Shown here piece after piece: positions 24,838 to 35,849 of a stretch of DNA of 64,000 nucleotides (position 1 is its first letter; the number at the start of each line of letters is the position of its first letter). The stretch comes from Pristiophorus japonicus (Eukaryota). A program made the translations under genes and the position numbers. Location: contig NC_092000.1 in NCBI RefSeq assembly GCF_044704955.1, forward strand, positions 29,450,001 to 29,514,000, read 5' to 3'. Below the pieces are notes generated by a model. That model was not told the DNA's origin. It saw only the letters and a list, made by a program, of their open reading frames with translations, and did no database searches.

Positions 24838-25450
24838 CTTCCCTGGGAGGATGGGCGCACTGACTTCGCCGTCCTCGTCCAGGCCAGCATCCCCGGCGTT
24901 GGGGCACTGGCGGCTGAACAGTGCAATATGAGAGCCACAGACTCTGTCACAGGTGGGACAGATAGTCGTTGAGGGAAGGGGTGGGTGGGACTGGTTTGTC
25001 GCACGCTGGGTGGACCACATAGTTCCCGTGACAGTCGCAGGACTCTCAGGGCGGGTGCTCTACTCAGCTCCTTCACGGCAAACGAGCCAAAGGTGGGCAG
25101 CAGAAACGTTACAAGGACACCCTCAAAGCCTCCCTGATAAAGTGCGACATCCCCACGGACACCTGGGAGTCCCTGGCCCAAGACACCCTGACTGGAGGAG
25201 GTGCATCCGAGAGGGCGCTGAGCACCTCGAGTCTCAATGCCGAGAGCATGCAGAAATCAAGAGCAGGCAGCGGAAAGAGCGTGCGGCAAACCAGTCCCAC
25301 CCACCCCTTCCCTCAACGACTATCTGTCCCACCTGTGATAGAGTCTGTGGCTCTCATATTGGACTGTTCAGCCACCTAACAACTCACTTCAGGAGTGGAA
25401 GCAAGTCTTCCCTTGATTCTGAGGGACTGCCTATGATGATGATGATGATG
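24838..25450 (+). mobile_element. RTE-clade LINE 3' fragment with internal inverted duplication
   Basis: RTE C-terminal motifs (RW..HIV..., KRYKDTLKASL, CPTC...H zinc finger) and (GAT)n tail. Confidence 0.85.
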
Positions 25451-25576
25451 TTTACAGCTCAGTAACTCACTGCTCGAACTAGCGCAGCCACCAGGAGAAA
25501 ATAAACATTAAGCAGATAAACTTAAAAAAAAATAGATTTATATATACTTGTAATGTACTTCTTTCAATTTAGTATA

Positions 25577-25811
25577 GAGGTTGGAGCTCCCTTATCTGGC
25601 ACCACCCCATGACACCCGTTGTGGCCATGCCGAAACCCGGTCCGCCGAGGGCCTGCTAACACTTCCTTCACGGCCCACCCGGGGAGCCGACCTCCTCCCC
25701 GCTCTCAGGCCACCTCACCACCCCCCCCCCGCCCCCAAATCTGATAAAATCCCTTATTCGTCACAGGCCAGGTCAGGTCCCGAGGGTGCCAGATAAGGGA
25801 GGTTCAACCTG
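25577..25811. mobile_element. pogo/Tigger-like MITE
   Basis: TA flanks and ~27-bp imperfect TIRs (CAGGTTGAACCTCCCTTATCTGGCACC). Confidence 0.7.
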
Positions 25812-25819
25812 TACTGTAT

Positions 25820-26482
25820 TTGCTGGACACGGTGTGGTCTCCTCTACATTGGGGAGACCAAATGCAAATTGGGCGACACTTTGCGAAACACCTCCGTTCA
25901 GTCCGTAAGCGTGACCCCAAGCTTCCGGTCGCCTGTCACTTTAATTCCCCAACCCACTCCCACATCTCCATCCTCGTTCTCTTACACTGTTCCAACGAAG
26001 CTCAACGCAAGCTCAAGCACCTCATCTTTCGTTTAGGCACTTTACAGCCTTTGGGACTCAACATAGAGTTCAACAATTTCAGACCATAACGTCTGCCCAT
26101 ATTTGGCTCCCTTTCCTTAAACCCCTTGCGTATCTTGTGTATTTTTTCCACTGTCTCCCAACGGTAGCTGGCAATTATTCCGCCATTCACGCCCCTATCT
26201 AGATTAATCTTTTTCTAACTTCTGCCATTACCATCTCAAGTCAGCCCATCATCCCTTTTGTCTCTCAAATCTCTCCTGTCTTCCACCCTATCACCGACCT
26301 TCCCTTTTATTCTTTCCACCCCTCCCCCACTCAGTGCTCCTTAAGAATCTGTTCATTTCGAACATTCGCCAGTTCTGACGAAGGGTCATCGACCTGAAAC
26401 GTTAATTCTGTTTCTCTCTCCACAGATGCTGCCTGACCCATTTTTATTTCAGATTCCATCATCCGCAGTATTTTGCTTTCGT
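25820..26482 (+). mobile_element. Penelope-like element 3' fragment (GIY-YIG endonuclease end plus terminal repeat)
   Basis: Y(I)GET...F.KHLRSVRK...PVACHFNS...LIFRLGTLQP.GLN, typical of the Penelope GIY-YIG C-terminus. Confidence 0.85.
26370..26410 (+). ncRNA. Candidate minimal type I hammerhead ribozyme in Penelope terminal repeat
   Basis: cagtt-CTGACGA-agggtc-atc-gacct-GAAAC-GTT-aatt: both catalytic boxes, a helix II and a palindromic AACGTT helix III. Confidence 0.6.
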
Positions 26483-26619
26483 TCAGATATAGTTTTTAAG
26501 TAAAATAGCTTTAAAAGACAGTACATTTACGTAGAAAAGCAGTAAAGATTAAACAAAATGTCGGAGATAATGAACTGAGGCTAGCCGGCCAATCCAGCAA
26601 GCACGAGAGTACTACCCAC

Positions 26620-26798
26620 CCTCTGTAAGGAGAGTTGCTCCTCTCGCTGGGACATCAACCGGTGCCGTGCTGCCCGAGAGTTGCCTTTCATGTTGCTGCC
26701 TGCGTTGGAAGTGAAAGACTTCCCGTCGTTGACCAGATCTTTCGTCTTCCTCCTCTTGTCCGGAATCCGCTCGGGAGCATTAGCCAACAAGGCCACTC
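26620..26798 (-). CDS. ATP13A1: ATP13A1 exon (GVALLANAPERIPDKRRK...EEQLSLQR)
   Basis: GVALLANAPER matches ATP13A1. TTTCAG acceptor, GTGGGT donor, 179 nt, phase 1 to 0. Confidence 0.93.
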
Positions 26799-27289
26799 CT
26801 GAAACAACAGGACACTCGCTGAAACGCTGATCCGCGAGAAGCACCGAATGTACGGTCTGGTCCGGGATTGCCCAGCACAAGTCCCAGTGGGTAAAAGCAA
26901 TGCCAGGTATAGCACACAGACCTGAAGGTCCCAGGGCAGATTGCTGGTCAGGGCAAGAGTTGGGGTTGGGGCACCATAATTGGGCCTCAGCAACCCTGAT
27001 CTACGAGAAGAAAAATAAATGTGTTGCCACTCCTGATCACTACTCAGTGACTCAGGAAGGAAAGGAAGAAAATACTGATTGAGGGAACTTCCAAGCAACC
27101 CAATGTAAATTGGGAAAGGCTCTACGCTCCGCAATATAATGCAAGACTCCTTCCTGAGTGTTAGGGAGTCCATGACAGGAAGCTCTTTTCTAGACTTGGT
27201 TCTGGAGTGATTCAGCATTGAAACACTAGCCTTATGGGACAGGTTAGGTATGGGTATCAAGAGATATGGTACAAAGTCAGGTAAAGGGG

Positions 27290-27930
27290 ATTGTCCCACG
27301 AGGAGAAATTGAGCAAACTAGGCTTATATTCTCTCAAGTTTTGAAGAATTAGAGGTAATCTCATTGAAACATATAAAATTCTTAAAGGGCTTGACAGGGT
27401 AGATGCTGCGAGGATGTTTACTCTGGCTGGGGAGTCTAGAACTAGGAGGGGGCAGAGTCTCAGAATAAGGGGTCGCCCATTTAGGAGTGAAGAGAGAAGA
27501 AAATTCTTCACTCAAAGGATTGCGAATCTTTGGAATTCTCTACTCTAGAGAGCTGTAGATACTCAGTTATTGAGTATATTCAAGACAGAGATCGATAGAT
27601 TTTTGGATACTAAGGAAATCAAGGGATATGGGGCAATGTTCCCTCCAATTTATTTTGGTGTGCGGCCCCTTTAAATTTACTGCGCGGCCAAGCACGCGCG
27701 GAATCTTTTCCAGCGGCAGCAGCTAATGAGTGGCCTGCGCAACACCTCGTAAGGTAAAAGATCAACTATGATCGTATTGAATGGCAGAGCAGACTCGCAG
27801 GGCCTAAATGGCCTACGCCCGCTCCTATTTCTTCCGTTGAATGGTGTTGAGGTGCAGATCAGCCATAATCTAATTGAGTGGCAGAGCAGGCACGAGGGGC
27901 TGAATACCCTACTTCTGTTCCTATGAACAA
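27290..27930 (+). mobile_element. CR1 3' fragment with a small unrelated insert at ~27632-27755
   Basis: ORF2-end motifs and a partly duplicated 3'UTR. Confidence 0.75.
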
Positions 27931-28015
27931 TAACTTCAAACCCGACTTGGGACATGTAACCAAAGCCTCCAGATAGTCAAGCTTTAAGGGTATGAGGGCT
28001 GAATTTAGTTACAAT

Positions 28016-29026
28016 GGGCCCAAGTTTCCACATGATTTGCGCCTGATTTTTTAGGAGCAACTGGTGGAGAACGGACTATCTTAGAAATCGCAATTCTCCA
28101 CATTTTTTTTTCTGCAGTTCTAGTCAGGTAGAACAGTTCTACTTTGGAACAGAATTTTTTCTTCAAAAGGGGGCGTGTCCGGCCACTGACGCCTGTTTCA
28201 AAGTTTCCACAGTGAAAACGTACTCCAAACTAAGTTAGAATGGAGCAAGTGAAGATTTTTGTAGAACTGAAAAAACCTGTTCTACACATTAAAAAATCAG
28301 GCGCAGGTTACAAATTAGGCGTCCAGAACGAGGTTGGGGGGGGGGGGGGGGAGGGAACTCATTAAATTCTACAATAAATCCTTATTTATACTTCTACAAA
28401 CATTATACAAATAAATCCAACCTGAATAAACATTTATAAGCAAAGAAAAGATTAAATAAACCATCTTCCTACCTGTGTGAAAGTGCTTCAGGCACAGAGA
28501 ATGCTGCAGGCGTTCGTTCCCGCGGGGGGGGGGGGAAGGGAACAGCCATTTCGTTCCCGCGGGGGGGGGAAGGGAACAGCCGTTTCGTTCCCCTGGAGGG
28601 GAGGGGGGGGAATTGAACAGCTGTTTTGTTCCCGCGGGGGAGGGGGGAAGGAGACAGTGAGAAGGCTGCAAGTGCTATGGCAATGTGCTTTTATTAAAAA
28701 AAAATTCAAAAATTAAACAGCTACAAAGAACTACAAAAATGGCCGAGTGCCAATGTTTTTTTCACACTGAGCATGTGCGAACGCTCCAACGCGCACGCGC
28801 AGCGTTGCCGGCAGGAAAAAAACTAATTTAAATAGTACCCGCCCCCTCCCACTTACAAAATCGGCGCGAATGTAGGCTCCGCCCCCCTGGGCGCCGCGCC
28901 AGGCAGACAAGGAGCTGCTGAACGCTCCAGAATTGCGAGGTTTTTTTTAGGCGCCGTTTTAGGCGCGAAAAACGGGCGCCCAGCTCGAAGGAGCGCCCGT
29001 TTTTTATTGTGTGGAAACTTGGGCCC
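28016..29026. mobile_element. Non-autonomous DNA transposon with perfect 17-bp TIRs
   Basis: GGGCCCAAGTTTCCACA ... TGTGGAAACTTGGGCCC, flanked by AT on both sides. CpG-rich, no transposase ORF. Confidence 0.85.
28513..28652. repeat. G-run tandem repeat, about 4 units of TCGTTCCCGC(G)nAAGGGAACAGCC
   Basis: Direct reading. Confidence 0.8.
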
Positions 29027-29599
29027 ATAGGGAGGCCACTGTAGGAAACTGCAGGAATATATTGGTGGAAGATAAATGGGCATTTTCAAAAGCACATGCA
29101 CACACCCGTATATAGCAGCAGCAATGGTTAAAAAAAATCTAAATGGATTAACATGAAAATTTAAATAACTTGTATTTATATAGTGCCTTTAATGCAGCAA
29201 AACGTCCCAAGGCACTTCACAGGAGTAGTAGGAGATAAAAATTTGACACCGAGCCGCACAAGTAGAAATTAGCACAGGTGACCAAAAGCTTAGTCAAGAG
29301 GTGTGTTTTAAGGAGTCTTGAAGGAGGAAAGAGAGGTAGAGAATAAAATTTACAAAGCGTGTGGGAGTGACCGCTGGGCCAAGTACAAAACTGTACAGAA
29401 GTGAGTCAAAGACAATGAGGGGAAAACCCGGAAGTGACAGGATAGCAAAACAGTGCCAACAAATTCTACTTGTACTGCAACAGCAAGAGGAAGTTAAAGG
29501 TTTCAGGAGGAACAACAGATGGTCAACAGATTTACTGACTGCTTCTTGTAGCTTTTAACCCGCGAGGAGACAAAACATGCAATCCAACAAATATTGTGC

Positions 29600-32500
29600 G
29601 TGAACGTGAAGTAGAGATTTCAGTTGGGCTGAAGGGGATGAAAACCAATAAATCGCCTGGGATGGATGACTTACACCCCTGCGGACTTAGAGAGATAAGG
29701 GAGGAGATTTGTGACCGTCAGCTAGGAGGGAGTCAGCCTATACTAGGGAGGTTCAAATAGATCTGAAGCAGACTAATAGAGTTCCATCTTCAAAAAGGGC
29801 GACATTGTCAAACCTGGCAACCACAGATCATTAGCCCGACCTCAATCATTGCAAAGCTAATAGAATCAACTCAAACAAAATGCAAAAGCAACTGTACACA
29901 CTCAAATGAGAGCTAACAATGCTTTAGAAGCGGTACATTTTATCTGAAAGCTTTGAGGAGGTGGCCTCCTAATAATGTATATGTGGATTAGTAACTGGCT
30001 AAGAGGGAAAGAAAGAGAGAAAAAGTGCAGTCCTAAGTGGAGCTATAGGTCACAATAAGAGAGTTTTAAGCTGAGATCCCTCCTGTTCAGAGTAGCCATA
30101 AAACTGCAGTCCCAGATCACACCAAGCATGGCGACTGTGGATTCAAAAGATGCAGCCACAAATTTACAAAGGGAGTTTGACATGGTTTGCACTGGGGCTG
30201 AGAAGTTGCAACTGAAGTTTAATATGGAATGCTGCATCAAAAAAGTTTTAAAAAAAATAGGAGGGTGGGTGAGATAGAATATACTAAGGGAGGAGTTGAA
30301 AGATTTAAAGATGGAACTCTTAGTTTGCTTCTGGTCTGTTAGAACCTCCCCAGTATATGCCGACACCCTCCCAACAGACAGTCAGTGCTTCAGAAATCTC
30401 CTTCCTCGATTGAAATCGGAGATGGGGAGGGGGTGGGGGGAGGTTAACTGACAGGAACTTATTCAGTGTTGGCACCAGTTTTCCAGTTCAGACATAACAC
30501 AACTGCAAGTAATTCTCTCGATCATCTGCAACGATACCTTAAACTTAACTTCAGAAGAATGTCCCTACACACCAGTGGGAATTTTTCTACTTGCTGCACC
30601 GGCAACCTTATGGTCTTTTTAAAATGGATTCAAAGTCATAAGGTGAAAGGACACCGCGTGTATGATACTGCATCACCAAGTCCCCTGAAACAATTGGCAT
30701 TGTAAATATAGCCTTGTATTATTTCTGCGAATCGTTACTTTAAATATACAAACTGTCCTAGGGCACCGCTTCATCCTCCCATCACCAGTGCCCCCTGACA
30801 CCAACATTAGGACAATTACAGCGAGACTGTAGTGATTAGCTTCACCAGTCGAGTGCCATAAGGAGGTAACTTTAGCTCTCGCTTTCAAATCGCTTGCCTA
30901 TTTGTGACGGATTTCCAAATCTTAATTGTTTCCGGAATGTAGGCCACAACTGATGAATCTCGCAATGAGCAAACACGCGTACTGGGGTCAGAAATAAGAA
31001 TCTACAAAGTGTCAACAGTCACCAAAAGGGAACTGAACACAGGAAGGTTTTACTGGATTGGAAACAAGCCAATGTAGGCCCTCTCTTCAAAGAAAAATCG
31101 ACAAAACAAATCCAGTCAGCTACAAACTCGTTATAAAAAGGTTATAGAGGCACTGGAGAGGGTGCAGAGAAGATTTACAAGGATGATACCAGAAATGCGA
31201 GGGTATACATATCAGGAAAGGATGAACAGGTTGGTTCTCTTTTCTCTTGAAAAAAGGCTGAGGTGTGACCTAATAGAAGTCTTTAAAATTATGAAAGATT
31301 TTGATAGAGTAGATTCAAGAGAATGTATCCACTTGTGGGGAAGAGCATATCTAGAGGCCATCAATATAAGATAGTCACCAAGAAATCCAATCGGAAACTT
31401 CTTTATCCAGAGAGTGGTGAGGATGTGGAACTTGCTACCACAGAGAGTGGTTGAGGCGAATAGTATCGATGCATTTAAGGGGAGGCTGGATAAGCATATG
31501 AGGGAGAAGGGAATAGAAGGTTACGCTGATAGATTTAGATGAGGAAAGACGGGAGGAGGCTAGAGTGGAGCATAAATGCCTACATGGACTGGTTGGGCTG
31601 AATAGTCTGTTTCTGTGTCGTATATCCTATCTAAACCTATGTAGTCTCCCATTACCTACTGGTAACATAATCATTTGGAACTAACCTACTAAACGGCAGC
31701 CAAAGCAGTTTCGGGAGAGGAGACCTGCCTAACCAACTCCCATATCTTCTATGAGTAAGTGATGTGGCAAGATCACAACACGAGGCCCGATGATGTTCTA
31801 TCCCTGGACCTCCAGAAACTCTCATTAAAAATTCCAGAAAGTTAAGGTAGTGGATAAAACATGAATGTGGAGATGGAACTGCCTGAAAGGGAGGAAGCAT
31901 CAGGCATTAGTTAGGGGACTAATACCAGGTTGGGAGAGGTACTGGTTAGAGTGCCTGAGCAATTAAAGCCCCAATTGGTCATTATTCGCAGAAGCAACCC
32001 AAATTCAGGAACTCAATGCAAATTGGCCAAAGGTGAGCTGGACAGTCAAGTCAGGCAGGGAAGCCAAGTAACTATAGAAGGACCTACACAAAATACGCAA
32101 CTATAGCAGATGAAATTACACCGAATTAACAGCACAGAAAACAGACCATTTGGCCCAAATGGTCCATGCCAGTGTTTATGCTCCACACGAGTCTCTCCTC
32201 CCCACCCTTCTTTATCTCACCCTATCAGCATATCCTTCTGTTCCTTGCTGCCTCATGTATTTATCGAGCTTCTCCTTAAATGCATCTGTGCTATTCACTT
32301 CAACTATTCCTTGTCCTAGCGAATTCCATATTCTAACCATTCTTTGGGTAAAGAAGTTTCACTTGAATTCCCTATTGGATTTATAGTGACTATCTTATAT
32401 TTATGGCCCCTAGTTTTTGTGTCTCCCACAAGTGTAAACATGTTTTCTATATCTACCATCAAACCCCTTCATAATTTTAAAGATCTCTATTAGGTTACTC

Positions 32501-33790
32501 TTCAGATTTCTCTAAAGAGCCCCAGTTTGTTCAGCCTTTCCTGATAAGGATAACTTCTCTGTTCTGGTATTAATTCAATATGTACAGGATATTACACACT
32601 GGAAGAGTGGGAGACACAGTTACTCAATGAATGGTGTTGAGACAGACATTGGGAAGTGACAAAGGGTCATCGACTTGAAACGTTAACTCTGTTTCTCTCC
32701 ATTAGATGCTGCCTGATCTGCGGAGATTTCCAGCATTTTCTGTTTTTATATCAGGAAGAGATAGTGGATTCAACACTTCACGTCGAGTTACTGCTCAGCA
32801 GGAGCCCACACTAATGCTGTACAAGTCTGCGGCCCCCCATACTGAAACCATGCAAAATTCATGAAGATACGAGGGAAACAGCCAAGCCTTGGAAATGGTG
32901 CAGAGAAGAACATAAGAAATAGAAGCAGCAGTAAGCCATTTGGCCCCTTGAGCCTGCTCCGCCATTCAGCAAGATCATGGACTCAGCTCCACTTCCCTGC
33001 CCGCTCCCCATTACCCTGGACTCCCTTACCGCTCAAAGATCTGTCTAACGCCACCTTAAATATATTCAATGACCCAGCCTCCACAGATCTCTGGGGCAGA
33101 GAATTCCACAGATTTACAATCCTCAGAGAAGAAATTTATCCTAATTTCAGTTTTAAATGGGCGGCCCCTTATTCTGAGACCATATCCCCTAGTTTTAGTC
33201 CCCCCACCCCCGAGTGAAAATATCGTCTCTGAATCCACCTTGTCGAGCCTCCTCATTATCTTATGTTTTAATAAGATCACTTCTCATTCTTCTGAATTCC
33301 AATGCGTATAGGCCCAACCTACCCTCATAAGTCAATCCCCTCATCTCCGGAATCAACCTAGTGAACCTTCTCTGAACAGCCTCCAATGCAAGTATGTCCT
33401 TCCTTAAAATACAGGTCACAGGACTGATCAAATTATGTCATATTAACGAGTTGTGAGGATAGGGTTGGAGAACTTGATCTCTTCATCCTTAAAGATGGCT
33501 AATAAAAGCAAGCCTCAGGGCCATGTCAGAGACTAAAAACTTCAGCGCTACTTCTAGTTAACTCATGACTGCAGACAAAGGGACACAAGTACACACTGGG
33601 AACAGGCAAGATGTGAGGAAGCCCTTTATACACAAGCAGTGATCACTACCTGGGATGGGCCAGGTAAGGGGCAGCTGAAACTCTGGAATCTGGCGGTTAG
33701 ATGATATGATGGGGGTGGTGGGAATTGTAGGTTGTCTAGGAAAGGATCAGCTAGATGGGCTGAATGGTCTCTTCCATCCAACTATCTTGG
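29600..33790. mobile_element. Mosaic of CR1 fragments: old + strand pieces, 31130-31640 (+), 32115-32570 (-), 32905-33410 (-), and a Penelope repeat piece at 32655-32752
   Basis: Recognisable ORF2 and 3'UTR motifs. Boundaries approximate; may include unique sequence. Confidence 0.65.
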
Positions 33791-34153
33791 TAAAACAAAA
33801 ATATTTGCGATCATAAAAATTTGGATTTAAACAGGAAATCAAGTCATAACATTGCAATTTTTTGGAACATACTGGGGTGTGCTGCATGAAGTTTATTGGA
33901 AGGAATCTCATCTTACAATTTAGTTCGTCTCTTAAGGCTTTATCAAATGTAATCCTAGTTTTGGAATTCAACTTCACAGTACAGGGGTAATTGTCAGGTT
34001 AAACACGATAACCAGGCACCTCGCTGATGTTTGAATCTGTTAGCCGGCACTTCTACAGTCAATGTCCTAAGCTATATCTGTGTTCTCAGACTCCATTTAT
34101 ACATCAATCATTGTATCCTGCTGTGCATCATAGATTCACTCCTTTATGCTTAC

Positions 34154-34250
34154 CAACATCAGCGTGCTTCAAGGCCCCAACATCATTGGTTCCATCGCCA
34201 CACATCAATGTGGTGTAACCCAGGCTCTTGTAACTGGTGATCACAAACTC
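34154..34250 (-). CDS. ATP13A1: ATP13A1 exon ([32 protein letters not shown])
   Basis: Translated by hand. GDGTND hinge motif, 97 nt, phase 0 to 1. Confidence 0.96.
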
Positions 34251-34484
34251 CTGCAAACAAGGACAGCAGTATTCAGTCACACACACAGGTGCAAAACAGA
34301 AACATCTGAACAGAACAGTACTTGGGACAAGAATTGGGGCATAAAGGAGGGGCTAGGAGAAATTTTTTCATATAAAGGATTATTAGAATAGGGAATCCAT
34401 CTTCACAAGTTACTACTGAAGCCAAGGAAATCACTGCATTTAAGGGGCAATTAAATAAAACAAACAAAAATATTCAAGGGTACA

Positions 34485-34758
34485 TCATCATCATCATCAT
34501 AGGCAGTCCCTCGGAATCGAGGAAGACTTGCTTCCACTCCTGAAGTGAGTTCTTTGGTGGCTGAACAGTCCAATACAAGAGCCACAGACTCTGTCACAGG
34601 TGGATCAGATAGTCGTTGAGGGAAGGGGTGGGTGGGACAGATTTGCCGCACGTTCTTTCCGCTGCCTGCGCTTGATTTCTGCATGCTCTCGGCGATGATA
34701 CTTGAGGTGCTCAGCGCCTCCCGGATGCACTTCCTCCACTAGGGTGGTCTTTGGCCAG
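34485..34758 (-). mobile_element. RTE 3' fragment flanked by a long direct repeat
   Basis: (CAT)n tail on +, homologous to 25170-25450. Confidence 0.88.
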
Positions 34759-34949
34759 GTTACTATTGAAGCCAAGTCAATCACTGCATTTAAGGGGCAA
34801 TTAAATAAACAAAAATATTCAAGGGTACAGGGGTAGAGGATTAGAGTAATTCACTATGATGCGAGACACCACAGGCTGAATTACTTCAAATCACTGCTGA
34901 AAATTCTACGCTTCTAATTATGTTTAACCCTGGGAAGGACGGTTGTAGG

Positions 34950-35392
34950 CCATCTGTTGCCTGAATCCTAACTTGCACCATCACCTGTGTGTTTGCTGAC
35001 CTACATTAGCTCCCAGTCCACCAACGCCTCGATTTAAAAACTCTTATCCTCATGTTCAAATCCTTCCAAGACCTAGCCCCACCCTATCGCTAACTTTCTC
35101 CAGCAGTACAACTCTCCGAGATCTCTGCGCTCCTCCAATTCTGGTCCCCGATTTTAATCGCTCCACCACTGGTGGCCGTGCCTTCAGCTGCCTAGGCCCA
35201 GAGTTCTGGAATTCGCTCCCTAAACCTCCCTGCCTCCTCCTTCAAGACCTACTCAAAACTACTACTTTGACCACTGTCCAAATATCTCCGTATGCGGTTC
35301 GGTGTCAAATTTGGTCTTTGACAACATTCCTGCGAGACGCCTTGGGATGCTGTATTATGTTAGGGGCGCTTTCGAGTTGCAATTTGTTATTA
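34950..35392 (+). mobile_element. L2 LINE 3' fragment
   Basis: Degenerate L(H)WLP...FK.L.L.FK and GGRAFS...WNSLP coding remnants with L2 tail. Confidence 0.8.
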
Positions 35393-35406
35393 TAGCAAAG
35401 TCTAAC

Positions 35407-35606
35407 CTTCTGTTTGGGTGCAACGCGGGCAAACACTTGGATATGAGGCATGAGCTTCAGCAGGAATGACCGGTCCATCGTATTTAAATAATCGAGCCCT
35501 TCCCCCGTTATGCACAGGTCATGGTGTTTCGTCAGGTCAGCCACAGAGGATGGGATCAAGGGAACGGTAACTGCGTCGTTAATGGACCTCCACTCCCACG
35601 GAGAAC
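35407..35606 (-). CDS. ATP13A1: ATP13A1 exon (GSPWEWRSIND...HIQVFARVAPKQK)
   Basis: VFARxxPxQK motif. Canonical sites, 200 nt, phase 1 to 0. Confidence 0.96.
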
Positions 35607-35849
35607 CTGGAGGGATTAGCACACAACATTCCATTAGGCTTTACAAACATGGGACAGTTCACCGCACGCTCCCTCACAAAGTGATATTCCCTGGCAATTG
35701 TTGCTAACAATTATACTATTGTCAGTCTTTCTGTTTACTTGTATTTCTATCAATGCTATGTTGCACTTGAGTAACTTCAACAGATACATATCATCATGTG
35801 GAAGAATGAAAAATCTCAATGTTCTCTGCCCACAGAACCCCAAGTAAAA

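Noticed and set aside
26688-27299. 203-aa minus-strand ORF overlapping an exon
   Set aside because: Out of frame with ATP13A1 and runs through intronic, repeat-like sequence; a chance ORF.
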